NCBI GenBank assembly: GCA_951406725.2
Contig: OX597823.1
Span: 42,532,001 to 42,596,000 of the forward strand
DNA length: 64,000 nt
DNA from: Octopus vulgaris
Lineage: Eukaryota
Reading direction: 5' to 3'
The notes under the pieces are model-generated. The model saw only the letters and a program-made list of their open reading frames with translations, was not told the DNA's origin and did not search any database. Below are positions 28,151 to 41,145 of the stretch, piece after piece. The translations under genes and the position numbers were made by a program. The number at the start of each line of letters is the position of its first letter. Positions within the stretch are counted from its first letter, which is position 1.

Positions 28151-28940
28151 AGGTGTCATAGAGTTGGAGTTAATATTGATGTTGTGGACGTCACCATATA
28201 TAAATATATTTTCCACTTGTCTCTGAATTTGTTCTACAGACATCATCTTACGAACAAACTCCACTGATGCAAAACATCGAGACAAATGACCACAAATGAT
28301 CTGGCTGCACCGAGTTCGACAAGAAACTGTATTCTACGAAAAATAGTTCCAGTACAGACAGTAAAGTGGTTGGCATTATGAAGGGCATTCAAATGGAGAA
28401 ACTATGGCAAAACAGATATTGGAGCATGACGTAGTTCCCCAACCCGATGGACCGTGTCAACACGTCCTTCATATACTAGCATGTAAAGTAGACACTAAAA
28501 TAATTATCACATACATACATACATACATACATACATACATACATACATACATACATACATACATACATACATACATACATAAGTACGTACGTACATTCAT
28601 ACATAATTAGAAGATACATACATATGTACGCACATACATACATATATTTATATACATACATACATACATGTACTTACATTTTATATGTGTGCTTGTGCAT
28701 GTATGTATGTGTGTTTGTGTCTTTTTCTATTATATATATATATAATAGAAAAAGACAAACACACACACATACACTGCTTATAACTATAAATTTTTTTGTA
28801 TAAAGTATAACCGATAATGGTTCTTTTAACACACCGAACTACTTCGTAAAATTATTAATTATTAATTGATTAATTAATTTTACCCTTTATTATTATTGAT
28901 AATATATATATATATATAATATTATTAGGGCCTTATATAT

Positions 28941-28974
<34 letters not shown>

Positions 28975-29000
28975 CATACATACATACATACATACATACA

Positions 29001-29036
<36 letters not shown>

Positions 29037-30599
29037 TATATATATGATAGAAAACGATGGGATGACAGGTTTGAATCCAAATCACTACAATAGTTTCTGT
29101 GCATTAGCATTGGATGTGCTCGCTCTGAAAGTCACTCTCCCGATGACATGCAAGTATACAGCTTTTGATGGATCATATTTATGTAATAATATGTATAACG
29201 TGAAATACTCAGCAATTAACAGCTGATGCTAATGCACAGAAACAACTGCAGTGCTTTGGATTAAAGCCTGTTCATTTTACGTTGTGTTATAATTATTTTG
29301 TATGAATTCTGCATACGCTGAGGGATTTCCACATGTATATTCAGTAAAAGGAGAATTCCTGCTGTATGATTAGCATATGATAGTCGATGTCAGCAGCGCT
29401 TTGGAATGCACATCATAATGTTATTACCCAGATGATATTAAATGTGTGCGTGTATGTGTGCGCGCGCCTGCATATGTCTGCGTGTGTGTGTGTGTATGTG
29501 TATGTATACACTAGTTGAGCACTTCATTCTCCTTGCACATGGACGCCATACAAATGCTAAACCTCAACAAAACTTAAATGCTCACATAACTGGGGATCTG
29601 CTGCTGCTACTGTTGTAAAAACAAATATCTTGATCAAAGAACCAAAAATTCGGTTGAATGGCTAAGATAAATTCACCAAATGGCTTCGACAATCAATATA
29701 AACAATCAGGCATTTTGTTTCTTCTCTCTGCATTTTCGATCGTTACAATAAATGCCTATCTTGCCCTGAACACTAAAGCTTTATATTGCCTCCAGAAGAA
29801 AACCTGTTGCGCACATCACTACTTGTATATCTCAGCCAGTTATTCCTCAGACACATTTTCTGTTATTTTTATCCTAGGCTCGTGGAACCATGTAACGATC
29901 CGACGAGAGAGGCCTCTGTGCAATCGATCGATTTTCAAATAATGGCGAATTCTCTTTTAAATCATACTATACCGCCTTAGAAAAAATGTAGAGATAGATT
30001 CGATGAAAAACATCAAGAAACCTAACCACTCTACTCTATCTTATTGAGTTAAACTACAACCCTATTCAAGCTTATTTGAACTGGTAATAACTTTGTATTT
30101 ATACACATCACTGCTTAACACTCACACTCCGGAATTTATTTGCAGTGAGCCGCCGATTAGCGCTGCCAGTCATTTTACGGTGAGAGGCATATCATAAGAG
30201 CGACAGTCTCTCTTATCAGCTCGCAGCACACCCTGTCCAGTTTCTATGGCTGAAGAAGAGACAATAACTCTGAAATGTTTGCATCCCACAGTCTGAGTAG
30301 GTGGCGTTGCGAGCTGATTTTGGTGCATTTACACTATTTGTCTACATGGAGAAATTTTCTAATTGACAAAATGCAGTTAATGACTTTCTGTTGGGTTCCA
30401 ATATGCCCCAAGCATATTTGAACTGGTACTAACTTTGTATTTATATACATCAATGATTAGCGCGTATTCCCACAGTCCTAATCAATATTTATTACAGCAG
30501 ACATTTATGTTCACTTTGCTTCACCGGATTGTTTTTGCTTATTTTAGTTTTTTCCGGAGATTTTCTATGATTTTTTCCCTTTATTATAAAAATAGAATA

Positions 30600-30820
30600 A
30601 GGCGGCGAACTAGCAGACTCGTTAATGCACCGGGTAAAATATTTAGCGACATCCCGTCAATCTTTACGTCCTGAGTTCAAATTCCGCTGAGGTCGACTTT
30701 GCCTTCATATTTTCGGAATCGATAAAATAGGTACCAGATGGAACGAGTACAGGGGACGATGTAATCGACTAGCCACAAGAAAAAATATGTCAGGCCTAGT
30801 GCCTATGGTGGAAAGGATTA
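30600..30820 (+). mobile_element. SINE family B
   Basis: ggcggcgaactagcagactcgtta...gagttcaaattccgctgaggtcgactttgcc. Confidence 0.8.
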
Positions 30821-32773
30821 TAAAAATGGAATGGTCATGGCCGGAATATTTTTGTTCACATGTCTGCTCATACAGCTCTCATCAGGGGCTAAATACTACG
30901 GCAACCAGCAATAATCTGTTTATTTATTACGCTGTACTAGATTTCAAAACAATACTTTACATATGTAATACATACAAATACGACACCTGGTCGTCAGCAA
31001 CCCAGTTGTAATGAAATAACAAATTGGTAACACTTATCTAAGTAACGAGAATGTGAGAATCTTGGTGAAAGGTTAAACTATTGGTTGGTAAGAATTTCAT
31101 TAGCTCGCAGCGTGGAGTTCAAATTGCTTTTATGGATAACGAGAAGCTTTTTTTCATGTATTATTCCTCAAAGAATTTGAAATTAACGTTTAGAAACTGC
31201 AATAGCATAAATAAATAAATAAATAAATAAATAAACCAGCGGAAAAGAAAGGAAAATGATTTTGTTCTTTCCGATATAAGAAAATAAATTTTGGTTTGGT
31301 GAGAAAGAGATTTAAATTGCGCAAATAACATATTATTTTAGTGCAAAAAAAAAAATGCAATTCCTCGTAGTCATTTCGACACCAACCTAATTGGGATGCA
31401 GAAGAATTGGCTGAGTCGTTAGTGCATCAGAATTTTTTCGGCTCTGTATGCTCTGAGTTCAAATCCCGATCAGATCAACCTTGTCTTTAATATTTTTAGA
31501 GACGATAAAACTGAACCAGTCCGAAGCGTTGGATTGACGGGACTTTAAGAACGCTGAAGAGAATTCCTTGGAGTATTTGCCCCGGCTCTTTCCATCCCGA
31601 GTTCAAATTCCACTTTGGCCCACCTGGGTGGTAGATTTAACCCGTCACCCGATTTAACACCTATACCGTGAGTGCTTTTAGCGGAATCCACTCTTTTGCA
31701 AGCATTTTTGTCAAGTTTCCGGTTTGAGAATACCTTCTTTCCTCCCACTAATCCTAGGGTTCCTGTAAAGAGTCATTGACTCTTCTCTCTTGACTAAAAA
31801 ATAAACAAAGCGGTTTTCCAAACCCTTATGTGATTAAACATCGGGTCCAATAATTTGCGGTTTCTCCTTTTGCATTGTTATTTCTATTGAGTAAGCATCA
31901 TGGGTATTTCAGCAGAATTTTAAATATATTCAGATTTCGATAGAGTTTAGTAAAATAATTAAACTTCTGTATTGGCGTAGTAGTGCTGACCAGGTGAAAT
32001 TCGTGTAATGAATAATTACACAAATTAAAATGAGATTTTGAGCGAAATTTTAAATTAAATATACGCACTTAAGTAAGGGCAGTCATAGGTGGGTTGATAT
32101 AAAGTTTATCGTCATTTGTTTATTATTCTAAATGTATAGACATGATTAGAAAGCATGATGATATGGAAGTGTTTGGGATAAAGTCCCTTCATAGACTTGT
32201 TCTATAAATATATATATATGATTGGAAGCGAGATGAATATCGTCACTGTAGTGACTCGTGAAAACGACAGAGACGTTTCACCTGTCTTGATGTTTGTCAA
32301 TGCCGTGCACTCTGTTGTCACTTACTTCAAAGAAATTCGTTTCTCGATATAGATGAAACAGTGGCTAAAACATTCACTGGCGTTGCAGATGCTTGCTGGG
32401 TTGTAGAAAAATCTCGGTATATGCAAATGAAATAGCATTAAATTAAAATCACCACGTGTGTATCATACTAAATGTATACACACCGTTAGAAGATATGATG
32501 CTGCAGAAATGTCCGAGATAAAGTCCCTTCATGGGTTTGTGCTAAAAACACTGTACATATCGGAGCGAGACGGGCATAATCTCACAAGAATGATGGATAA
32601 ATTTCACCTTTGTTGAGGTGTGTCAATGTTGTGCAGCCGGTTGTCAAGTGCTTATTCCACCACATTCTGTGAAGAAGTAAAACTAAATAAATTCAATGTT
32701 TATTTCACGAAACAAATCTAAAAATTGTTCAAAAAATTTCTTTATTTCTTCAGTTTACATTTCATTCCTCTCA

Positions 32774-33174
32774 TCAATATATTTGGAAAATTACAATGAT
32801 GACAACCTTTATAGGTTCAAACAAAATAACATGCAAAATGATTCCGATCAAACTAAGTAAGGACCATTCTTTCACCGTGGGACCTTGTAGATCAGAGTTG
32901 CGGATACTTAGAACGAGGAAACCAGTAACAATGATGACACCTATAGCAATTTGTAAATAACGTTTCGCACGATATGGGAGAACTTTATAGTCATCTTGAA
33001 AAAACACAGCCTCGTAATTAACGTAAAAATCCGCAAAATCGATCTCTACATCGAAGAAATGATAGGTGGATTGGTAAAGCATCGATAGTTCTCCTGGTTG
33101 TAGATTGAGTTTCTTCTCCATGGCGTCCATAAATGAGGGGATGTCATCTTCCTCTTCCGTTTTCGATGTAGTTT
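32774..33174 (-). CDS. probable terminal coding exon of a multi-pass membrane protein, polycystin-1 (PKD1-like) family resemblance
   Basis: Non-repetitive open frame of ~133 codons with two hydrophobic helices (LP...RYLQIAIGVIIVTGFLVLSI and KEWSLLSLIGIILHVILFEPIKVVIIVIF, cf. PKD1-like W..S...S.....QP.KV). Acceptor ttttttgtgtgtgcAG ends at 33175; TGA at 32776-32774; AATAAA at 32746-32741. Confidence 0.6.
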
Positions 33175-33363
33175 CTGCACACACAAAAAATATTACAGAT
33201 TTAATTGTGAAAGAATTTATATTCAAAACTTACCGTATTTATTTCATGATTCTGTTTAGAACCTTACAGAATAAGATTCAAATGAAAACACTTTCTGTGT
33301 ACACACACACACACACACATACACACACATACACACACGCACACACACACACACACACATGTA

Positions 33364-33690
33364 TACGAGGAGGTACCCAAAAGAAACCAGAATTTTGTAA
33401 TATTATTTTACCCACTTAGTTTTACATGTTTACACTTTTATCGCCTTCAAAGTATTCTCCATTGGAAACACTGCCTCTTGCCAGAAGCATTTTCCACTGT
33501 TCGAAGCAATCCTGGAACACTTGCGAAGCGATGCCTTTTAACACCTCCGTCGTTTTTTTCTTCACCTCTTCCACGTCTGAAAACGTTTTCTCTCAAGAAC
33601 ATTTTACATTCGGGGGAACTAAAGAAAGTTGCATGGAGCAAGATCGGGTGAATAAGGAGGGTGGGTAACAAAAATCCACTCACTGTTAGT
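33364..33690 (-). mobile_element. mariner transposon 3' remnant
   Basis: TA then cgaggaggtacccaaaagaaacc TIR-like end; minus-strand PYSPDLAPCNFL and FEQWK......SNGEYFEGDK. Confidence 0.75.
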
Positions 33691-33769
33691 AAAAGTTTCA
33701 AAAGCATACACATAATGTGGACGAATCTAACCACCAAGGTTAATTCAAGCATAAAACGATAAACTATTG

Positions 33770-34538
33770 GTGTCAAAATGTTGGCAAAAGGCCAGCAATT
33801 TCGTGGGGTTGGGGTAAGTTGATTACATTGATCTCAGTCTTCAGATGGTACTTATGTTATCGACCCCCAATAGATGAAAGGCAAAGTGAATCTCGGTGGA
33901 ACTCAGAAAGTGAAAACGGACGAAATACCGCTGAGCATTTTGTTCGGTGTGCTAACGGTTTTGCCAGATCATGGCCTTTAAACAGTAAAATATTGGTTTC
34001 AGATTTTAGCACAAAGCAAACAATTTGTTGGGATGGATTAAGTCGAGTACATCGACCCCAGTGCTCAACCGGTTCTTATTTTTTTTTACCCCAAAAGTAT
34101 AAAAGGCAGAGTCAACCTTGGCGGAACTTGGACTAAAAAACAGTAAAATATTAGCTAAATGAAGACACAATCAACATCTGCTTAACTTGACAAACGCCAT
34201 ACCAATAGCCAAACAAAGAAAGGACATGGAAGGTTTCTCTCTTGCCCTTTCTCTTCTCTCTCTCTCTCTCTCTCTCTCTCACTTCCTCTCTCTCTTTATT
34301 TATATATGAGGGTATACTAAAAAATAGGCATATAATGCTTTCAACTACAGACCTGAAAATTTCGCGGGAAGGGACTAGTCAATTACATCATCCCCAGTGT
34401 TCAGCTGGTGCTTATTTAATCGATTTCGAAAGGATGAAGGGCAAAGTCGACCTTGGTGGAATTTGAACTAAGAGACAGGCGAAATGCAGCCAAGCAATTT
34501 TACCGGTGCGCAAACGATTCTCCCAGCTCGCCGCCTTG
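33770..34538 (-). mobile_element. three family B SINE copies (~33770-33975, ~33990-34135, ~34335-34538)
   Basis: Similarity to 15645-15879. Confidence 0.7.
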
Positions 34539-35622
34539 AAATTTTGCATCTTAGCAAAATTTGTGTTTGCCATGGTAACGAGCAGATTAATTGTTATTAA
34601 TAAAATGCGATCAATTTTTTTCACCAAACAATAAACAATCATAAATCCTTAATCCAATATCCAGTAATCTAAAATTAATAACAGTTGATCTCTCTTATTT
34701 AGGATATTCAACTATCTCGGTGTCTTTCAGAAAAATCTTTTCATGAGCAGCATTTCCATTAGTTTACCTATTCAATAAATTCGCATGTGAATCTGTTTAG
34801 TGGCGCGCATCCTTTTCCAAGTTATATGGAAGGCAGATGTTATATGCAGTACTGCAATGTAGACAAACACTCGTTAATTTTAGAGTTGTTTAAATCAATG
34901 TAGTGTATCACTCTGAGGTTCATGTTTATAGACAAGTGGTCCGAAAAGCGGGAAAAAATGATAACAAGATAGACAGACGAAGTAACGATGTCAAGATACG
35001 AACGTTTATATTTCTGCTTTAGCTCAACACTCGCCGCGACTAGGCCAAACGCAATCGATTATTTAGATGTACATAAAGATGTAAGTTACTCTAACGAAAA
35101 ACCTAATATTATTGGCTTAATATCTTGTGATGTCCAAAGACATTTAGAAACTGATAGTCTAACAGGGATTAGAAATATACATGTGTGTCATTATTCAGCT
35201 TTATTTCAAGATTTCTTGCCAATAGAGAAAGAACCGTTTTCTGTCTGTCTGCTTATCTGTATGTATGTATGTATGTATGTATGTATGTATGTATGTATGT
35301 ATGTATGTATGTATGTATGTATGTATGTATGTATGTATGTATGTATGTATGTATGTATGTATGTATGTATAAGACACATACATTCTGCACTTCTATGTGG
35401 ATATCTTTTCAGAACATTGTCTGGTTTTAAAAGCCACATCAGATGCCATGATGGTGCTAAGGTGTAGGTACAGGAGGTGGTCAAACTCTGCATAAGGAGT
35501 AGACAACCGCCATGTATGTATGCATACATGTAACATGTACGTATGTATGTATACATGCACACACACACACACACCCACATATATTTCTGTGTGTGTATAT
35601 GTATTTGTGTGTGCGTGTACAC

Positions 35623-35686
<64 letters not shown>

Positions 35687-35754
35687 AATTGCCGATATAA
35701 CTGTTAGTTGATTAGTTGTTTGATTTCCTCAGTAACACTTTATGTATCAAAGCT

Positions 35755-35785
<31 letters not shown>

Positions 35786-36281
35786 AAGAGGAGAAGAGGA
35801 AAATTATCATAGGAAATGCAGAATGTATGTATGTCTTATAACTTTCAGAAGAATTCACATTCTTTTGATGAAAGTTTACAGAGAGAGATTTTTGATGGAG
35901 TGGATTGCGATTATTAGAAAATTAGTAACGTAATACGTTATATTGCGAATATGAACAGGAAAATTTGTTTTATTTAATATTATTTTAAAGTAACAAATAT
36001 TTTTCATTTGAAAATTCATATCCGTTTCATCATTTTCTATAAGGGCCAAGAAATTTGAATAAAGTCAAATTACAATTATTGCATGTATATCATATCTCCC
36101 GATATTAACCTAGTGGTAAAGTATATTTCCAAAGTTCATCAGTCATATAACAAGTAACATTCTTGCATAATGATAAGATATATATTACTTTCATGTCACA
36201 CCCTGGTCAATAACAAACCCACAAACGAAATTATATTAATCTAAATAAGATAATCATTTTATCATTATTGTTATTGTTAAC

Positions 36282-37010
36282 GCGGCGAGCTGGCAGAAAC
36301 GTTAGCATGCCGGGCGAAATGCTTGCAGTATTTCATCTACCGTTACGTTCTGAGTTCAAATTCCGCCAAGGTCGACTTTGCCTTTTATCCTTTCGTGGTC
36401 GATTAAATAAGTACCAATTACGCACTGCAGTCGATATAATCGACTTAATCCGTTTGTCTTTGTTAATAAATAGCTAAACAATCGGGTCTGCGGTGCTCCA
36501 GCATAGGCGCAGTCAAATGACTGAAGCAAGCAAAAGAGTAATCATTATTAAGAATATATTTAATTTCTTCTACATGTTTTACTTATGTTTGTTCTCGAGG
36601 TCTCCCATATTTTCAGTTTTAAATATTTCACAGAATTAACGATATCTCACCATAGGCGCAGGAGTGGCTTGTTTACCGACCACATGGTTCCGGGTTCAGT
36701 CCCACGGCGTGGCACCATGGGCAAGTGTCTTCTGCTATAGCCTCGGGCCGACCAAAGCCTTGTGAGTGGATTTGGTAGACGGAAAATGAAAGAAGCCTAT
36801 CGTATATATATATATATATATATATGTGTGTTTGTGTGTCTGTGTTTGTCCCCCTAGCATTGCTTGACAACCGATGCTGGTGTGTTTCTGTCCCCGGTTC
36901 AACAAAAGAGACCGATAGAATAAGTCCCGGGGTCGATTTGCTCGCCCAAAAAAATGCGGTGCTCCAGCATGGCCGCAGTCAAATGACTGAAACAAGTAAA
37001 AGAGTAAAAG
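36282..37010 (+). mobile_element. family B SINE (36282-36460) and family A SINE (36653-37010)
   Basis: Similarity to other copies in the window. Confidence 0.85.
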
Positions 37011-37609
37011 AGCATCTCATTTTCTAACAGATTAGTTGCTTTCTATCAGCATTTTCGTTCTCTGTTTTTAGGTTAAATTTAAGATTAACTTAAGACAGCA
37101 TAGTTTTGTTAAAACTCATCTAAAAGCCATAATTAAATCGAGTAATTTTGTCTTCATATCAGACAGTAACCCACCAACTCAGTTCCAGACATTTTCGTTT
37201 CACTTGCTAGACTTCTTCAACTAAATCGTATAATTATTCCTCGCATGCTTTCCAGTATCTACTCCAAACGATTTCAAAATAGTTAGTCTGGCTGTTTAAT
37301 ATGGCTACTATAGTGCTGCTACTCTAGTTGTAATATTATGCTTTTAATGTTATGCTTTTAGCCCGTTTCACACGTGATTTGCTGCTATAAGTATGGCGTT
37401 TGCAGACGCTACGGTTTCACAGCACAAACCCCTACACTGATACACGTAAACTCACCCCCCACACACACTCACACACATACATGTAGGGTGTGAGTGTATT
37501 GGTACGCGAGTATGTGCGAGTATATATATATATATATATATATACATACACACACACACATATATACACACACACATATCAGAACAGACATATGTACTAA
37601 TATAAAAGC

Positions 37610-37970
37610 CTGCGATGGGTAAATTGTCGTCCTTTTATATTTTTAATGTTGCGCATGAGCATTGTTTGCTTTTGATTTTGTCTATCACACAGTATAGTAG
37701 GGGCAGTTGGATACTCTCAGTGTAAAAAACTGCACCATGACGCAATTCACTCTGCTAGAAATTTGTAACGGACATACTGTACTGCTAGATATTCGCACCG
37801 GAAGCTCCAATACGCACATTTCAGAGTGTTTGGGTGTCAATCTGATGACAGTAAGGAGAATTCAGAAAGAGTTGGATGAGTCTAATGGTTATTACGAAGG
37901 TACGAAAGCTCGGAAAACTCAGTCTGATCGTTCTGATAAGAAAAGAAGTCTTGAATTCAAGGGAGACAAC
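37610..37970 (+). pseudogene. Tc1/mariner-like transposase N-terminal (HTH) remnant
   Basis: ORF 37707-38003: ...IRTGSSNTHISECLGVNLMTVRRIQKEL...RKTQSDR, an HTH-like pattern. Confidence 0.5.
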
Positions 37971-38152
37971 TTGTCCTCATTAATGTTAAATCTCGATTTC
38001 TGAGCATTTCCTCACGTCTGCGACGGAGAAAATTTATATTTTTTGTCTTTGTATAGAGTCTGACGAGCCGTCCCCAAGGCTTTGGCGTTGTGAATACGAA
38101 ACCTTTGGTAACTCTATGTTCAAAGTTCAAGCCTTTGCTGTAATATATATAG

Positions 38153-38388
38153 ACCGGAGTAAGTACATAAATGTGAAACAAGGTGGAAAATAGAGAACTC
38201 ACATACCAGAGGTAGAGTAATATGCTTTATTTAAAAGCAGCAGAAATATAACAAAAGCTGTTACTTAGAGTTTCACTAGTTTTGACCAAATTGTTATTTC
38301 TGTTCTATGTTAACAAAACTGTCCGACGAACGGGAACGTGAAACTCTGAGTAACAGCTTTTGTTATATCTCTGCTGCTTTTAAATAAA

Positions 38389-38389
<1 letters not shown>
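38153..38389 (+). mobile_element. Penelope-like inverted terminal fragment
   Basis: 38225-38276 and 38338-38389 are inverted repeats (50/52); contains a hammerhead motif; (TA)n on both sides. Confidence 0.7.
38311..38364 (+). ncRNA. minimal type I hammerhead ribozyme motif (U4C core variant, palindromic helix III)
   Basis: CTGT-CCGACGA-ACG(GGAA)CGT-GAAA-CTC(T)GAG-TA-ACAG; helix I extends as TAACAAAACTGT/ACAG(C)TTTTGTTA. Confidence 0.7.
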
Positions 38390-38425
<36 letters not shown>

Positions 38426-38809
38426 ATACAAAACATAAACGTTTTTTTCGAATGATGTAATGTATTCATTAATCAATCAAAAATTCGTTGGAGACAGCTG
38501 TAGTGAATTGTCACATTATCCATCTGTCACATTATCACATTTATTTACTCATTCTTCACCTCTCTAGAAACCTGCTCCTTCCGTAGAACCAAAGTATATT
38601 ACGGACCGCGCATTTAGTACGATGTACCTTTCTTGATTAACCTCAAGGTTATTGATATATTCAGACAGATACTACCCAATCATGTACATAAACTGAATAA
38701 TTTTCAGTCTGTACTTCAGTACCCGCATAAGTATTCCTCTATTTTAGTTGTGTACACATTTTACTTTTCGACCCGACCTGCTGCCTTACCATTTAAGTGC
38801 CCGATTTAC

Positions 38810-38844
<35 letters not shown>

Positions 38845-39639
38845 TAAAGAATATATATTTAATTCTTTAAATTGTTTCAGTTTTATAGCTGTGGTCGTGC
38901 ATACATACATATATAGGTATTTGTGTATGTGTGTTTGTGTGTGTGCGTGCGTTTGTGTGTGTATGTGTGTGTGTGTGTGTTTGTTTGTTTGTTTGTTTGT
39001 TTGTGCATAATGAGAGACAGAGCGAAAGCGAGATAGGTAGATAAACAGATAGATAGAAAGATAGATATATAGAAAGATAAGTTTCTTTATTGGCCACACA
39101 GGGCTGCACACAGATGGGACAAGTTACAAGGTAGAGCTTTTCTTTTGGGGGATGAAAAAAAAAAAAAAAAAAAGGGGTGGCGTAGGTTTTCGATCAAGAG
39201 GGATCGTAAAAGGGAAGAAAAGAACAAAATAAAAAGAAATAAATAAATAAAAAAAAAATAAAAAAGATAGATAGATAGAAACTTATTTCTCACCTTCATC
39301 ATCAACAACTTCAGAAATGATCAGCTGGTCAGCCTAAAATGATCGGGAAATACATTATTATTCTTTTCTTCAAAAGTCGAATGTTTATATATTTTACGAT
39401 AAAATTTAGAAGAAAACTAACTGTGTAAAAACATGACATATACATATGTATATGACACTGCAATATACATAAAGATCCATTCAGTACATTTGACCTTGAT
39501 TTGGATCAGAAAAAATGACTAAAATTTGGGGTGCTTAGAATCCTCATGAGAAGCAGAAACATCGGGAATACTTCTTGATTACTTATGTTTGAAATTTCAT
39601 CAACATCGGAAATTGCACAAATTGATCATAGAATCTGCT

Positions 39640-39906
39640 GTGCATGAGCACTAATTTTTAACGTTCTAACGCACATCTGCTGTTTTCAGTAGTGCTTGGA
39701 AGGAATGTGTGTAGCGTGTAAGGACAGAGAAATTTGAGCAGAGAATCTGCATCAAATTTTGCCAAAAGCTTGGTAAATACCTGCTCAGAAGCCTACACAA
39801 AGTTTTAAAAACAGTGTTCAAAGTCAGATTTTGTTTAGCGGTTTTATTCTGCGTTCTTTAGCTTCGTTATTATGGCAACAGTCCGGATACTTACTGATCA
39901 GACCTA

Positions 39907-39908
<2 letters not shown>
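39640..39908 (+). mobile_element. internally deleted mariner remnant
   Basis: EQRICIKFCQKLG at ~39736 (mariner N-terminus); TIR-like tccggatacttactgatcagacctagtg at the 3' end. Confidence 0.6.
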
Positions 39909-39978
<70 letters not shown>

Positions 39979-40031
39979 GTATGAATGTATGTATGTATGT
40001 ATGTATCTATCCATCCATCCATCCATCTATA

Positions 40032-40071
<40 letters not shown>

Positions 40072-40599
40072 AAGATGGATGGATGGATGGATAGATAGAT
40101 AGATACATACATACATACATTCATACTTACATACACGGATACACACACACACACATATATATATATATAAATGTTTGTTTTTACATTAATCTGAAGAGTA
40201 CAAATTTATTATTCTAAACCAAGAATATAATTGATTGTGACATTGAAGTTTCGGCCAGCATATGTATAAATAAATGTATGCATATACATACACGTATACA
40301 CATATAATTGCACGTGTGTGTAAACATCTATACGTAGATATGAGACTATGTATATGTATGTTTATATATTTATATGTATTTATGCACAGACGTAACTATC
40401 TATATATCTATCTGTTATGTCGCACGTTCGGATGACTTCTACTCCACTCTACTCTGCTCTTCTACTCTCGACTGTGCTCTCCTACGACTGCTACTCCTGA
40501 CGTCTAGGCTTCTTCCTTGATATCTACGTATTGGGCTAGCCTACTTCATCGTCTGGGGGCGTCCACACAACACTATCTTTATAGATAAATATTAATATA

Positions 40600-40643
<44 letters not shown>

Positions 40644-40733
40644 GATAGATAGATATATACACATACATATACATACAGTTAATCCAAACGAAAACACCAA
40701 GAGAAAACACAACAACGCGAGGACGTGGAACAA

Positions 40734-40789
<56 letters not shown>

Positions 40790-41145
40790 TGGATTAACTG
40801 TTTGGATTAACTGTTAAGAGTTTGGATTAACTGTTGAACTGGACGGACGTCTATTTGTTTCTCTCCCGAGTCAGTAGCAAGCTACACAGCTTCAAAACTA
40901 ACTGACCTTAAATATATATATATTTGTAACCACGTGTTTGCCTACAAACCCGTAAGTACGTTTTCATTTAACTACAAATTGTTATATACACCTGTTTTTC
41001 TTTTAATATCCTCAAACAACCAAATAATCAAAAACTCACACCCTTAAGAGAGAACATTTATATATATATACACTTCTTTAACTCCCAAGAAAGAATATAT
41101 ATATTTTCAAAAATCAAAAGGAAAACAAACAAAAGAAAAACAAAC

